NCBI GenBank assembly: GCA_030704615.1
Contig: CM060734.1
Coordinates: 4,154,001-4,218,000 of the forward strand
Direction of reading: 5' to 3'
Source: Takakia lepidozioides
Lineage: Eukaryota > Plantae > Bryophyta
DNA: 64,000 nt
In this document: in pieces, positions 50,166 to 63,136 of the stretch
Numbering within the stretch: position 1 is the stretch's first letter
Layout of the letters: each line of letters opens with the position of its first letter
Program-made: the position numbers and the translations under genes
The notes under the pieces: model-generated
Told to the model about the DNA's origin: nothing
Database searches by the model: none
The model's input: the letters and a program-made list of their open reading frames with translations, nothing else

Positions 50166-52730
50166 TGGACAGCAAAAGTTGATTACCAGGTGTTCCCTTC
50201 CTTTATTTCAATATCTTCTTCTGAATGTCTGTTCTTTTCCATTTTCCGATTGACTGACTGTCTGGGTTTTTGGTGTTTGATTCAGGTATATGTATCATAT
50301 CCTCATACCGGGAAAGTACCTTAGCGATGACCCAGACTTCATCTATTCATGGGCTGACCCCTCCAATGAGAAGACAATGTACACGGCTGGTATTGCCAGA
50401 GACTGGAGCAGGGCGCACTTCAGAGACTGTGGGTGGTACCTCGACCTGCCAAAACAGGACACCATTCGATGAAGTTGTTTTGAGAAACCTGAACGACAAT
50501 GCCGCAGCGATTGCCCCATTGGCAGACAAAGACATTCAGGACAGAATCATTTCTACTCTGGCTGCAAAAGAGCCCGAGAGAACTGCCACTCCAAAACGAA
50601 AGGGGAAGACTGTCGGGGATCCTAAGGGGAAGGGGAAAAGTGCAGCTCCGCAAGGACAGGGACCGTCAGAGGTTCCTGTCAGAGAGCCTTCTCCCGCAAG
50701 GAGGGATAGGAGAACATCAAAGTCGAGGGAGCAGCCTTACGAGGCGAGAGAACATCCCTCCAGGGTTTTGGGCCAGTTCAATCGTAGGGTGCTGAATGAA
50801 AGTTTTCTTGCAATGATGGAGTCCAGGAAGTCCACATTCAAAGGGGTGCCCTCGAAATCATGGGACATGCTTGTTTCGTTCCTCACTCAGGTAAACACTT
50901 GTGTCTAAACTGTTGTATGAATAATTGTGTTTTGGCATCTTGTTGTGGCTTTTCCAGGGGATTGATCTCCTGCTCGATTTGGATTGGGCTTCTTACACTG
51001 TCTCCTGTTTTTCCCTGTAGGTGACAAAAAAACCGGAATGGGTGAATGGAGTTCAGCAGGCATACGCGACTGACCTTGTGGTGCTGGACATTCCTGACGG
51101 TTATCCCGTCCCTGATGTGTTCCCTTCCAATTCGACCCCGACTTGGAACAAATCGGATTCTCGTTATTGGCAGTGGGCTTTCTCGTTCAGCAACAAATTC
51201 CTTTCGACTCGGGGGCTCTTCTTCTCATGCAGTCAAAGGACATGTCGGCTCGAAGAACTCTTTTCAGCTACATGAAAGCTCCGGGTTTCGTGTCATCAAA
51301 ACTTGGACATGCATCAATACTCTGCCTCTTACGAAGGGCGAGTTCCCGGGGCAGAAAGTGAGTTGGTTCCTTTCAATTCATGTTTCGTTGTTTTTTCGGT
51401 AAATAAAAATGCTGGGTTATGCCTTCTGTCTCATGCTCTCTTCCTCATTGTTGACAGACACGGGTGTTCGAAGCTTTGTGCCTGGTGAGGCGGAAGGACA
51501 CTCTTCCTCCTGGTGTTGCTGAGTTCCAGATGAGGGACCTTGCAGCTCATATTGACCCCACCTGCGAGCCTATGGAGGATGATGTTCTCTTCAATTACGT
51601 GGACTCGGGTCGAACTATGAAAAGGTCGATTGTGTCCCTTGGAGAGGTGCACGGGAGAAATCTCCAGCTTTCATGCAGACTTTGGTGGAGACATGCAGCC
51701 GTCATGGTGGACGAGTGGTCGACTTGTCTATGGGCACAGGTGGGGCACTTTACATTGTGATTGACATATGGGCAGTAACCTTAGGGAAACCCTGTTTTCA
51801 TTTCTCGTTCTTCTTGGATTTGCAGGAGCATGTTTTCATGCTTGCAAGAGCGCCGGAAGGCACTTCTTCGGCATGGAAGCTGATACGGAGCTCTTCTCGA
51901 GCGAGCTTCGTCAGCTTGAGTCGGACACTACTTCTACCCCATCCAAAGAGGGACTTCTGGAGGAGCCCGAAGCGCCTGACGAGGATCTGGACGTGACTCC
52001 GATTTTGAGTGTGAGTAAGTTCTTCTGTAGTCGTTCAAAATATGTGGCATTTCCTTGTGTCGTTCCCGTTCGAAAAAATTGCGTAACATTGTCTATATCT
52101 GGATGTTAACATCTGCCACCATTTCTCTTGTTCCTTTCCAGAGTTCTGCACCAGTCATTGAATCAGCAGACACCTTTCGGATTCCAAGGATACTACATGT
52201 CCCCGAGTCCCCCTAGATCCAACCGCTTGCCGGTTTACGCGGAAGCTTGCGCACGGGGTGTTATCCGAACAAACACTGTATTCGCATCTCCATAAAGGTC
52301 GTGGAAAAAAAAAACGTCATGTATGTGCTGCTGTATTCATAGATGATATTGCTATTAACTCTGGCAGTGGTTCCTCTGAAACCTCCAATATTTCTTGACG
52401 GTTCAAGTACTGAGGCTGAATAAATTGTGTTTTGGCTTTGCTTCCATCCCATACTGTTTTTCAAGTTCTCTGCGCGTTCCCGTAAGTACAGTTAGGGATT
52501 GCCTACGGTATTTCTTCGGAGTGCGGAATTGAAAAATGTTTGTGTGTTGGAGTGAATGTACTGCTTTGCCAAAAAAACATTTTTTCTTTTCAGATTCAGT
52601 TCTGTAGTGGGCGATCTCCTCATTCCAAAGTCAGGATCTCCACAAAAATTCAACCGCAAACCTGCCATTGTTCTCGGCCACAAGGAATATTCATGTGGGG
52701 GCAGTAAAGAGGGATAGAAAATTAGGACAT

Positions 52731-52920
52731 AGGGGGGGGGGGGAAGCACGGACATAGGTAAAAGGGGGGGGGGGAGCACGGTAATAGGGGTGAGAGCACG
52801 GAACCGCGGTAATAGGGGGGGGGAGCACGGAATTAGGGCCTGAACACGTGGATGCTTGCTGATGTGGCGTGAGCCTAGCCAGGCTCACAGGCTCACAGGC
52901 TCACAGGCCAGGCTCACGCG
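52731..52920. repeat. MULE right subterminal repeats: G-run/GAGCACGG/GGTAATAGG units, then AGGCTCAC units
   Basis: Directly visible in the sequence. Confidence 0.8.
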
Positions 52921-53602
52921 CAAGCATTCCCCCACAGACAACACAGCCCACACAGGTCGCACAGTCCATAGGGGCAGTGACAGATGCAAGATAACGTCAG
53001 TTAGGTGGCCGGTAAGTGTAAAGACAATTTGGAAGTCAAACTTGGAGAATATGCCATGCGGTCAGAGGAAAACGGAAGAGTGTTTGAATTCAAACACGTG
53101 GTCTAAGGGGCAAAGCACTCCGCATTGCATGTATTGCAATAACGACCGCGCTGACTCCATGTACACTGACGTTATCGTGAAGGAGTGGCATCTGGAACAT
53201 TTGCGCCAAACAGGGCCGTCAAAATACCTACCCGATACATCAGCCGAAACTTATTACGAGCCCATTAATGCATCAAGAGGACAGGTAACGGAACCCTTTA
53301 CGCGTCCGGCAAAGGGGAACCTTTGCCACATATGCAGTCCTAGTGGTCATTCCAAGCGGAAATATGAACAGTTTAAGGTAAAAATGAGAAGTTACCTAAT
53401 GAGGCAACGGCCAATCAGCAATGTGAATTTTGTGCAAAAGACTCCATTCAAGAAACAAGAACAAGAAATTAAGAAGATTATGAGCGGAAGAATAGGAGTT
53501 ATTCCGGATAACCAGTGTCTCGACGGGAGAGGCAATCAAAGCTATAACTTTGTAGCTATGGCGGATATCACGGACTATACACTAGCTCTACTTCTTACGT
53601 AG

Positions 53603-54466
53603 TTGCGCAAAAAAGGTCGAAGTACTTTCTTTCTCACTCACTATTTGCAAGCCCCGCAGGCTTACACTCACTTGCCTGTTCCATTCTATGCTAACCACAC
53701 TTACATGCTTTACGCCTTACAAACTTTCCTACAGTTATTCCAAACAAGGCCTTCTTGTTTGTCCGGGATGAAGAGAATTAGAGAGATGGAGGATCTCCGG
53801 GTGAAGAGCACGACGATTCTACAAAAGCAAACAATCGCTACACCACAGGCAGTGCAGCTACTAAAGGAGTTGCGGTTGGAGGGGTTGCTACGCAAAGAGT
53901 GGTCTTTGCATCATCGGGATTTGATGATCCAATTCATCAAGAACATCGAGCCACGGATAGGAGTTACCAAGGTGAAGGGCGTAGATATATAGGTTACTCC
54001 GCAGTACTTGCAACAACTTTTTGAATTACCAACTGGTAATGTGAGCGTGGATGAGCACAGGGCAAGATTGCAAATATGAGATCTTTTCCAAGAAACGAGT
54101 TTCTTCAAGAACCAGGGATTCACTTGCACCAAAGCCGAGTATCTAGGGTTGAGGGAGATTGGCCAGATACTAAACATTTTGTTTGCCATGAAACAGAATC
54201 AACAGTATCTTAGCAGATCTTTCACGGAGGAGGTTCTGAAAGCTTTGAGAGGAGAGGATGTAGCTTGGGCGGAGATGATGTATAGTGGACTGGTGGAGGA
54301 GATGAGACGGTTACAGAATACAACTGCCAAGTCCCCAATCATTGTGTCTGGCCCAATTATTGCACAAATTATCTTTGATTCTTGCTTGCTTGATGCGCGA
54401 GAACGCAAAGTAATGGGGGTTTTTGAGGCAGCCACAACTGCAGTTGAGGAGCAAGACTCTTCATAA
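53603..54466 (+). pseudogene. Extra ORF downstream of the integrase in the non-chromovirus Gypsy (plant transposon-protein-like)
   Basis: ORFs 53603-53992 and 54149-54466 read through stops (MIQFIKN...KVKGVDI..T...L..LFELPTG...GEDVAWAEMMY), resembling the extra 3' ORFs of Athila/Tat-type elements. Confidence 0.5.
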
Positions 54467-55605
54467 GGTGAAGGGGGATTGGAGGGGCAGCACCAGTCCA
54501 AGAGATAGAAGAAGGACGCAATTGTAGTGGCAGATCCACTGGCCACAAGGAATCCACAAGATGATGTTTCCATAGCTCATGTGCAGGATGAGGAGTAGCA
54601 GCACAAGGGGCTGTTATTACTGGAAGCACGGCCTTCAGAGAGGGAGGAAGAAGTCACCTCAATACCACAACCACCACAGCAAGTTGCCCGGTTGCCCCAG
54701 GGGTAATTCAGATTGGACATGCTGTTATACCGGAGGCTCTTACTGTGGAGGGAGAGGGGTTGGACATCCCCACTACAGAGCAAGTAGTGGCAGAAATTGA
54801 GAAGGGTGACCTTCTCTATGATGTCGTGCGCATACATATCGCTACACAACAACATCGCTGTCCAAACCACACCACACATATATGCACAATAAAGTAGTCT
54901 GCCACAAGAAACAAGCTAAGAAGGACACACACTCCCAACACAAGAAATATGAAATCCATCACTATCACTCATTGAAACAGAAGTCGAGCCAGGGGCACCC
55001 CAAGCTATGGGGACTCCACCCACAACAACCTACACTCCCATCATAAGCACACTCATATCTGAATCGATGAAGGAGCTCGGTCGCGCAGGCTCAACTCGAG
55101 AGAGATGAGCTGCGCGACTGCCGCTCTCGTGAAGATAAGACGGACCAGGTGTCAAACTAAACTTGACACCTGATTTAACACTTGACCTAAATCCAAGTGT
55201 TAAATACAAATAACTAGTTTTATTCTAGCTGTTTTCACACTGTGCTTATTTAACTTGACAGCTGTCGTGCGAATACATATCGCTACACAACTACATCGCT
55301 GTCCAAACCACACCACACATATATGCACAATAAAGTAGTCTCCCACAAGCGCCCCCCTAGCTGGTGGATAGGTCCCTCTACCTCCAGATAGCTACAAGAT
55401 GTAATAGCCACAGCCGTACTAAGTCCTCTATCACTGTCCCTATTGTACTCAAACTCTATAGACCAAGAGGCCGGGTACAAGAGTAGCCCCATCGTTAGTC
55501 GCCATCTTGCAATCTGTGAACTTGAGCCAGGACCTCGTGTGTTCAAGGTCTCCTAGTAGCTGGGCCTTGCGTTTCTTGTTATCCTTCCATGGTTATCCAC
55601 TCCCA

Positions 55606-58048
55606 CTATCCAATGCAATGTGGACATAACCAATCCCCATCCGGAACCATCTCAAGAGGTGGAGTTAAGCATCCCATATGCCAACCTCTAGAGCATCGAT
55701 CGCACACCAGCATGGTGGCTGCCCCTTTAGCAGACCCACACAACATGCACCTCAAACCTGTAGATACCACTACCAGGCTTGGGTCAATCCTGCCTCTGAC
55801 ATTCGGAAGGTGATATGGCGCACAATTACGCACATGGTCCTTCCAAGTTATGCCATCGCCCGACCCTCCAAGACCAAGACGCCTGAGGGCAAGACCTCTC
55901 GAACCCTCAAAATAACACGTCCTGCAGTCACATCCAAGGTCGTAGGAGCAGTCTGTTGCAGATAGACATAGTCACCAGGGTTGAATCTCCGAATCCCAGG
56001 ACGATAGCCCCACCACGTATGGTAGCATACCTCAACGTATCACGGTGTTGTGCAATGGCAAGGTTCTCGAAAGCCATGGGCATGACTTTTTTGAACAATT
56101 CTGCACGCTGCTCACATGCACGTGCCCACACGTCCGGATCGTCAAGGTTAAGAACTGTAGCAGCTTCCCTGCGAATGGATGTAGGCAAATCCGGCTCTCG
56201 GCCAAAGAGAAGAAAGTATGGTGAGAAGGAGGCAAGTGATGCTTGCTTGCTGAACCTGTAGCCCATGGCTAACCAGGTAACTGAAGGTCCTATTCTCCTA
56301 GGTGTCCCTTCTGCAAGCCATACTACGCAAACCCCTCTTTACTGTCTGAACAACTCTCTCTGCCAAGCCATCGGCCTCAGGATGATCCCGAGAAGTGGTG
56401 CGGTGGTCTATCAAGGCCTTGTCACACAAAGCCTGAAACTCCCCCAAGAACTCTCCCCTTGGTCCGTGAGTACCTCAGCTGGAGCACCGAATCGGCTAAG
56501 CACACAATCCAAGAATGCATACGCAGCTCCCTCACTAGCCTTATCAGGCAATGGAACCAACTCAATCCACTTGGAAAAGTGCTCCACCATCACCAACACG
56601 TACTTGTTGTGACGCATGGTCAGTGGCAATGGCCCTGCAAAGTCAAGACTCCACCTGTAGCCCAATCCCATGATCGGAAGAGGGTGCAATTGTGGAGTAG
56701 GGGCGTTGAATGAAGCACGCACCCTGTCACACACCATGCACCTAGCCACAAATTGTTGCACCTCTGTGTGCATACCACGCCACCAATACTGCCCCTGCAG
56801 TAGACTATGAGTGCGTCGCACCCCAAAATGCCCCAACTCCTCATGGGCATGCCGCACTAACCGTGCCCGCTGTGTTGGGTGAGGCACAATCCTCACTCGA
56901 CCATCCTCCCACACTCGGAGCAGGTGTGTCCCCTCCCACTTGAACCTCTTGGCTCGTTGTAGGATCCGATCCCTCTCCTTGGCAATCACAGTGGCTGTCG
57001 TGTCTCCAGTGCGGAGGTAGTCCAACACAACTGAATCCTCATGTATATCTTTGGTGCCACCTTGCTCATTGCTGGCCTCAGGGTCCTCAGACACTTGATC
57101 TATAGTCATCCCTGTTGCAGGTCCAACCTGGCCTTCCGCTGCCAAAATACACAGAAATGCAGATGCATGCCATCCGGGCACCATCTCCTCGTCCGTCTCA
57201 CCATGCCACCGAGCTCCAGTGTCATCCTGCTGGCTCGTGCATGGATTGCAACTCAACCCATCTGCATTGCGATTGACCAAACCCGGTCGATGCACCACCT
57301 GGAAGTCATACTCTTGAAGGATGAGTGCCCACCGTGCAAGCTTCCCCGTAAGCTTGTCTGACTCCATCAACCACTTGAGTGGTTGGTGATCCGTGACAAG
57401 GGTGAAGAGATTGTCATATAGATAGCACCTGAAGTGTGCCACGGCCCACACTGCAGCTAAGCATTCTCCCTCATATGAGCTATACTTAGACTCTGCAGCA
57501 TTGTTCGAGCGGCTAGCATAAGCCACTACAAACTCTCTTCCCTCATCATCCACCTGTGTGAGCACCGCTCCAAGCCCCAGCATGCTCCAATCTGTATGCA
57601 GCTGAAAAGGACGCCCCCTGATAGGTCGTCTCAAGATGGGCGCCGAGGTCAACCTCGCCTTGAGCTCTTGAAAAGCTTGTTCTTGCTCATCTTCCCACTG
57701 CCACTCCTGGTCCACCTTGGTCAGCTTGGTTAGAGCCTTTGCAATGGCACTAAATCCCTTAACAAACCGTCTGTAATAGTTTGCTAACCCCATGAAAGCT
57801 CGAACTCGGCTCACATCCGTGGGGCGTGGAACCTGTACAATGGACTCTACCTTAGTCTGCTGTACCCCCAATCCTCCAGGATATATCATGTGACCCAGAT
57901 ACTCAATCTGGTTGTGGAAAAACTTGCACTTGCCCGGATGTAACTTCAATCCGTGCGTCCTTAAGCGCTCAAATACCCCCTGAAGGTGTCTCTCATGCTC
58001 CTCCACCGTAGCACTAAAGATGATGATGTCATCTATGTAGCACCGAGC
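55606..58048 (-). pseudogene. pol remnant of copy 2: C-terminal RT, RNase H, integrase, PHD finger
   Basis: Nearly identical to 13365-15810. Confidence 0.93.
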
Positions 58049-58302
58049 ACACAAAACCAACATGGCGCACAGTCAAGCATGCAGGTGTTGGGGGGGATCC
58101 AAACACAAGAAATCAAAACTTCAACACCCCCACACCAAAATCCAGCTGCAATGCTGATCCTACAGAATAGCCCAGCCCAAAACCCCGGACTGACTGGCCT
58201 CCACCAAGAGAGGCTTTGGCAACTACAAGTACAAGGTAATGAAAATAGTACAGAGATGGAGGGGAAGAATAGAAGCCCGACCAAGCAAGATCTAATCCTG
58301 AT

Positions 58303-58974
58303 CTATGCTATCAACTGCCAGACTTCTCTCAAAGTGCCTCGCTCTGCATGATGGTAAGGTGTAGGAGGTTGCCAGGTAGAGACAAAGCAATACTCCCCTA
58401 TCTCCCGCTCACTGAACACTAAAGAAAACAAAGGTAGGGTCTGATAGTCTCTCAACTCGAAAGCTTTGAGACGGTTGCGGGTGTCCTCATTGCGAATGAC
58501 TGCATCTCCTTCACGCACAACAAACATGTCATTGCTGATGAACCCCCGCTCGTGGTTGCCCTGTGCAGAGCGTATCCGGCTGCAACCATGTCTGATTGCA
58601 CAAACCTGTGTAGCTCCTGCTCCTCTGCTCCAGTACACCACGGCCTTGTGGCTAAACACCTTGGTCCCCGGGGCTGTCTTTGGCTGTGTTCCAAGCCTAG
58701 CTTTCACCCACTTTGGTATTTCACCTACAGCTGCAGAACTGCTGGCTCCAACAGAGTTCTGACTGTCCAAGGCGATATTGAGGCCCTCAATGCCAACTAC
58801 AACAGTCTGTTGTCTACTGCTAATGCCTGAGTCCCAGTATGCAATCAACTCGTCCAACTGTTCTCCACTCAAATCAGTCTGAGTTCCTTGGGAAACATAA
58901 ATCCTGTCCCCTTGTGTGCACAGACTAAGAGAAGAGACTTGCCCTTCAATTACGTCCTCATTTCCCCAAACCAT
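58303..58974 (-). CDS. 223-aa extra ORF upstream of gag in the split-LTR Gypsy, unknown function
   Basis: ATG start, open frame, and conserved with mostly conservative substitutions in copy 1 (33122-33507). Confidence 0.6.
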   Translation of the reverse strand: MVWGNEDVIEGQVSSLSLCTQGDRIYVSQGTQTDLSGEQLDELIAYWDSGISSRQQTVVVGIEGLNIALDSQNSVGASSSAAVGEIPKWVKARLGTQPKTAPGTKVFSHKAVVYWSRGAGATQVCAIRHGCSRIRSAQGNHERGFISNDMFVVREGDAVIRNEDTRNRLKAFELRDYQTLPLFSLVFSEREIGEYCFVSTWQPPTPYHHAERGTLREVWQLIA

Positions 58975-59643
58975 GCAAGGAGTACATCCACCAATTTGTC
59001 TCTCATATAGACCAGCACAGGTTCTAGAAACAGAATTGTGGATCTTTCATGGCACACTCACACTCTAAAAATTCCATAGATTTTTAGCAGAGTCCTAAAA
59101 ACAAAAACCTGGTAGATTTCCCCTTTCTGCAGCTATCCCCTCAAAAACTGGGTCAAACAGAGTCCATTTGACAAAGATATGACCAGCCAGGCTCTTTAAA
59201 CATAACACTTTTTTTTTTTTTTTTTCTTTTTTAATTTTAATTTTTAACACCAAAACGTTCTCGCCATTACAACCTGTTCCCAGGTTATCTACGGGTTCCC
59301 GAGGCCGTTCCCCCCCACAGGACCTCGCCAGTGAGATTCATAGTCCCTTGGGAGGCATTGAACAGTCTTTAACCAGCCAAGGGATAGATCCGGCACGGAC
59401 TGTCAACTCAGCCTCTTCAGTGTAGGTGATTAGAGGATCTGTTGTAGCTGTCATGGAGGTGACAGAGGAGACTCAAGGAGCAGATGGAGTAAAAGAACAG
59501 GTGAGTGTATCACGAGCATCTGCAGATGGCGTGGTTATGGACTCTCACCATCAAATTGACCATTCTGGAAGTAAACACACAGGGTTTTTTTGCTAGCGAC
59601 ACAAGGACAAGCACGGCACCCACAACATCCGCAAGGCTTGATC

Positions 59644-59860
59644 TTATAGCTCCTTGAGTGATCTTTCCGCTTTGGCAATGTGCCCAGGATACCACTGGAC
59701 AAGTCTCGTAGACCTGGTAAGGTAGTCTATGTCACCATCCAAACTTTCCCACTTCTTCTGTACTTCCGCAATAGCTGCCACAGCTCTCACCACCGTTGTG
59801 GGCTGAGGCCGGGACGCGATGGAAAGGGGAGCATGAGAAGATCGCCACGCTTGCAACCCT
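59644..59860 (-). pseudogene. Captured fragment of a chloroplast RbgA/YlqF-type (DAR) GTPase gene
   Basis: VQWYPGHIAKAERSLKE is the N-terminal signature of RbgA/YlqF GTPases. Confidence 0.75.
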
Positions 59861-60229
59861 GCTGTTGGTTCCTGAGGCCCAAATACCTAAGTATGGATGG
59901 CACTACACACAGCCCAGTGACCTGCGCTTCAAGCTGGCCCCCTTAATGAGACCGGACTCCCCAATGGTGCAGCACGGACGACATGTGATTCAGAACGTGT
60001 ATAACTAGATAACTGTAAGTCTTCTTGCGGGCCTGACCCTCAAACCACATGAGCTGCTACTTCTCTTCCTGCAAACCACTACTTTGGAGTGCATCTGCCG
60101 CTCTGCCGCTCTGCAGCAGCCCCCGACATCGAGTTGCCTAACACTGCAACCCAGCTCGCAATTTACCGCTACGTTCTGGGCAGACAATCTCTTCAGGATG
60201 CAGTTTGTGGACAGTGTATCTCCGATGGC

Positions 60230-60306
60230 ATTCACCTCTCAGAGAAACGCCGTCTCTGGATTGATTCACCTCTCAGAGAAACGCCGTCTCTGGATTGATT
60301 CACCTC
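60230..60306. repeat. 34-bp tandem duplication ATTCACCTCTCAGAGAAACGCCGTCTCTGGATTG
   Basis: Two full copies plus a partial copy. Confidence 0.9.
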
Positions 60307-60414
60307 CCCTGCCTTGCGCTGGCTCCCGCTCCCTCACAAGCGAGTGTTGATCTTGAAGACGTCTCTCCCGAAACAGAGAGGCCCCACATGACTTGTACAC
60401 CTGATTATTCCCTA

Positions 60415-60905
<491 letters not shown>

Positions 60906-63136
60906 CACAGCCCATGGCAACAGCAGGGCCAGATGGACTCCTGCCCCAAAATATATATTATAATAGTGCTAAAAACAAACATTGTATCTAGCTTAGCACC
61001 AGCACTAGATAACGCTCATCTCTCTCGAGTGATAAACAAGCTAAGAATGACACACACTCCCAACACAAGAAATATGAAATCCATCACTATCACTCATTGA
61101 AACAGAAGTCGAGCCAGGGGCACCCCAAGCTATGGGGACTCCACCCCACAACAACCTACACTCCCATCATAAGCACACTCATATCTGAATCGATGAAGGA
61201 GCTCGGTCGTGCAGGCTCAACTCGAGAGAGATGAGCTGCGCGACTGCCGCTCTCGTGAAGATAAGACGGACCAGGTGTCAAACTAAACTTGACACCTGAT
61301 TTAACACTTGACCTAAATCCAAGTGTTAAATACAAATAACTAGTTTTATTCTAGTTGTTTTCACACTGTGCTTATTTAACTTGACAATGAAAACTCTGGC
61401 ATGGTCGGAGAACCTATGGTACCAAAGATGCAGGGTATGCCCAAGGAAATCCCTGTTGTGCAAGTTATGCCCAAACTTGTGGCGGAGGTTAAAGAGGCTC
61501 CTGTTGGTCTCAGTCTGCGCAAAAATTAAGGGTACCCCACAGAACCCGTAAAAGTGTCTAAGTCCCAAGCAGCCCTCTAACAGTCACAGCTCGGCATAGT
61601 CACAGCCGGACACATTGTCTTGGATGACAGTTAGTTAGTTAGGCGGTTAGAACAGCTTGCAGGGAGAATAGGCAGAGTAGCAACATGGACAGGGTCACTT
61701 CTTGGGGGGGAGCACTTCTTGGACATCACTGGAGGAGATCAGGCGGAGAGCACGATCTTGGAAGCGCAGGGATGGAGATTACACAAAGGAGAAGATACGA
61801 CGAGATGATGCTTGATTCATGCAAGCTATAGAGATGCACTGTAGAGCAGATTAGAGACACCATGGCTTCGGCCTGATACTTGATAGATATTAATCTAATA
61901 CATATTTCATACTCACATTGTGTAGAGAGACCTGAGTGAAGCTGTGGAAAGTGTGGGCTCGCCGAATTCGTGAATAGGCTTCCTCGGTCGTCCAAATGGG
62001 CCCTACATTGCTTTGCCTGGCTACATCCCCACTTCTCCCAGGGCGCTTGCCCGGACGCTGAATCATCTGTGCGCATCTACCATGGCTGCAAACTCGAGCG
62101 CTATAGTGTACTGACCTCCACACGAGCACAAAGCCACATTTCGGTGCAGAGGGGGAGTATGTCGGGTTGCCGAAAAATATCTATGCGTCCGATACCACCT
62201 GAAACCGGGGTCAGTGTTCCTGGAGGAGGAAAGGAGGGATTCAAATGGAGTTATAGTCGAAAGTATTGTTGTGCTCCATGATGATTTCGGCGGCAGCAGG
62301 GAATGGCGAGTTCCACCATCGGACAACGTCATATACAGGGCTGTTGGAGACTTCATTTTCCCGCCAAATGCGCCTTCTTGTCGCCCACCTTCCACGAAAG
62401 AATCCGCGAATCTGAGAGTTGGAACCTCGAAGACATAATTCTGCAACGAAGATAATCCAAAGGCGACGCCATCACTGAAGGTGAGCAAGAACGCGGTTGT
62501 TCACAACTGTCGAACGGCTTTTACTCACCCATCCCTTAGCTATCCAAGGTGGAAACTCCAAGATGGAAGAGTTGGAAATCTCTAAGCACTCAGCCTGCTC
62601 AGAACAATCAGTCATGACCTACAACTAGTGTATCATGCGGGTGCTTCCTATTTGTATTCCTTCTCGCATTCATATTAGCAAGTTACCTTATTGTCTATGA
62701 TTAAGTATCAGATTGCTTCTGCAATCTTCCATGTTCCATCTACCCCAGCATTCCCAAAAATCCACTGTCTGATTTTTCATGAACCTGGTCTACGAAATGC
62801 GGCCCTGCTCTTTGGCAATAACTGCCAACGGTATGCAGTCAGAAGGCTGCAGACCGGTGCAGGTGCCCTGCGCAAATTATTGACTACGGCGTCTGACGAG
62901 AGGCGTGGGGGCGAGTGTGCATGATTTCAGTTTGGGTACAAGATTGAAGAGTGCTGGACCCTCTCAGGCAAAAGTGCACATTCAACAGAAATCATCATTG
63001 CACAGAAACTGGAACTTTTGTTCAATAAACACTTTTATTCATATATTGAACTGACAACTATGCATGGCCTCACAAGCCGAGGTAAGCTTCAAGTATGCAT
63101 GCAATCTATGCCATTTGCTGCCATGTTGCAGTGTTG

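Larger units (their letters stand above)
46584..52216 (+). pseudogene. Multi-exon accessory gene: ParB-like domain plus beta-class amino (N6A/N4C) DNA methyltransferase-like domain
   Basis: Approximate exons 46584-46945, 47698-48296, 48371-48551, 48671-49113, 49207-49461, 50286-50890, 51021-51357, 51459-51739, 51826-52010, 52142-52216. FFVWDGNHRLLAW (ParB-like); DLVVLDIPDGY (motif IV-like) precedes EKSPAFMQTLVETCSRHGGRVVDLSMGTG/ACFHACKSAGRHFFGMEAD (motif I). Several frameshifts. Confidence 0.75.
41703..52932. mobile_element. Mutator-like (MULE) DNA transposon with two divergent genes and short degenerate termini
   Basis: TSD CACAGACAA(C) at 41693-41702 and 52933-52942; subterminal GCGTGAGCC(T)/GGCTCAC repeats at both ends; transposase on the minus strand, accessory gene on the plus strand. 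Confidence 0.82.

Noticed and set aside
51021-51960. Bacterial contamination or a restriction-modification operon
   Set aside because: The MTase motifs are split by GT-AG introns and embedded in nested plant TEs with TSDs; no restriction enzyme gene was seen.
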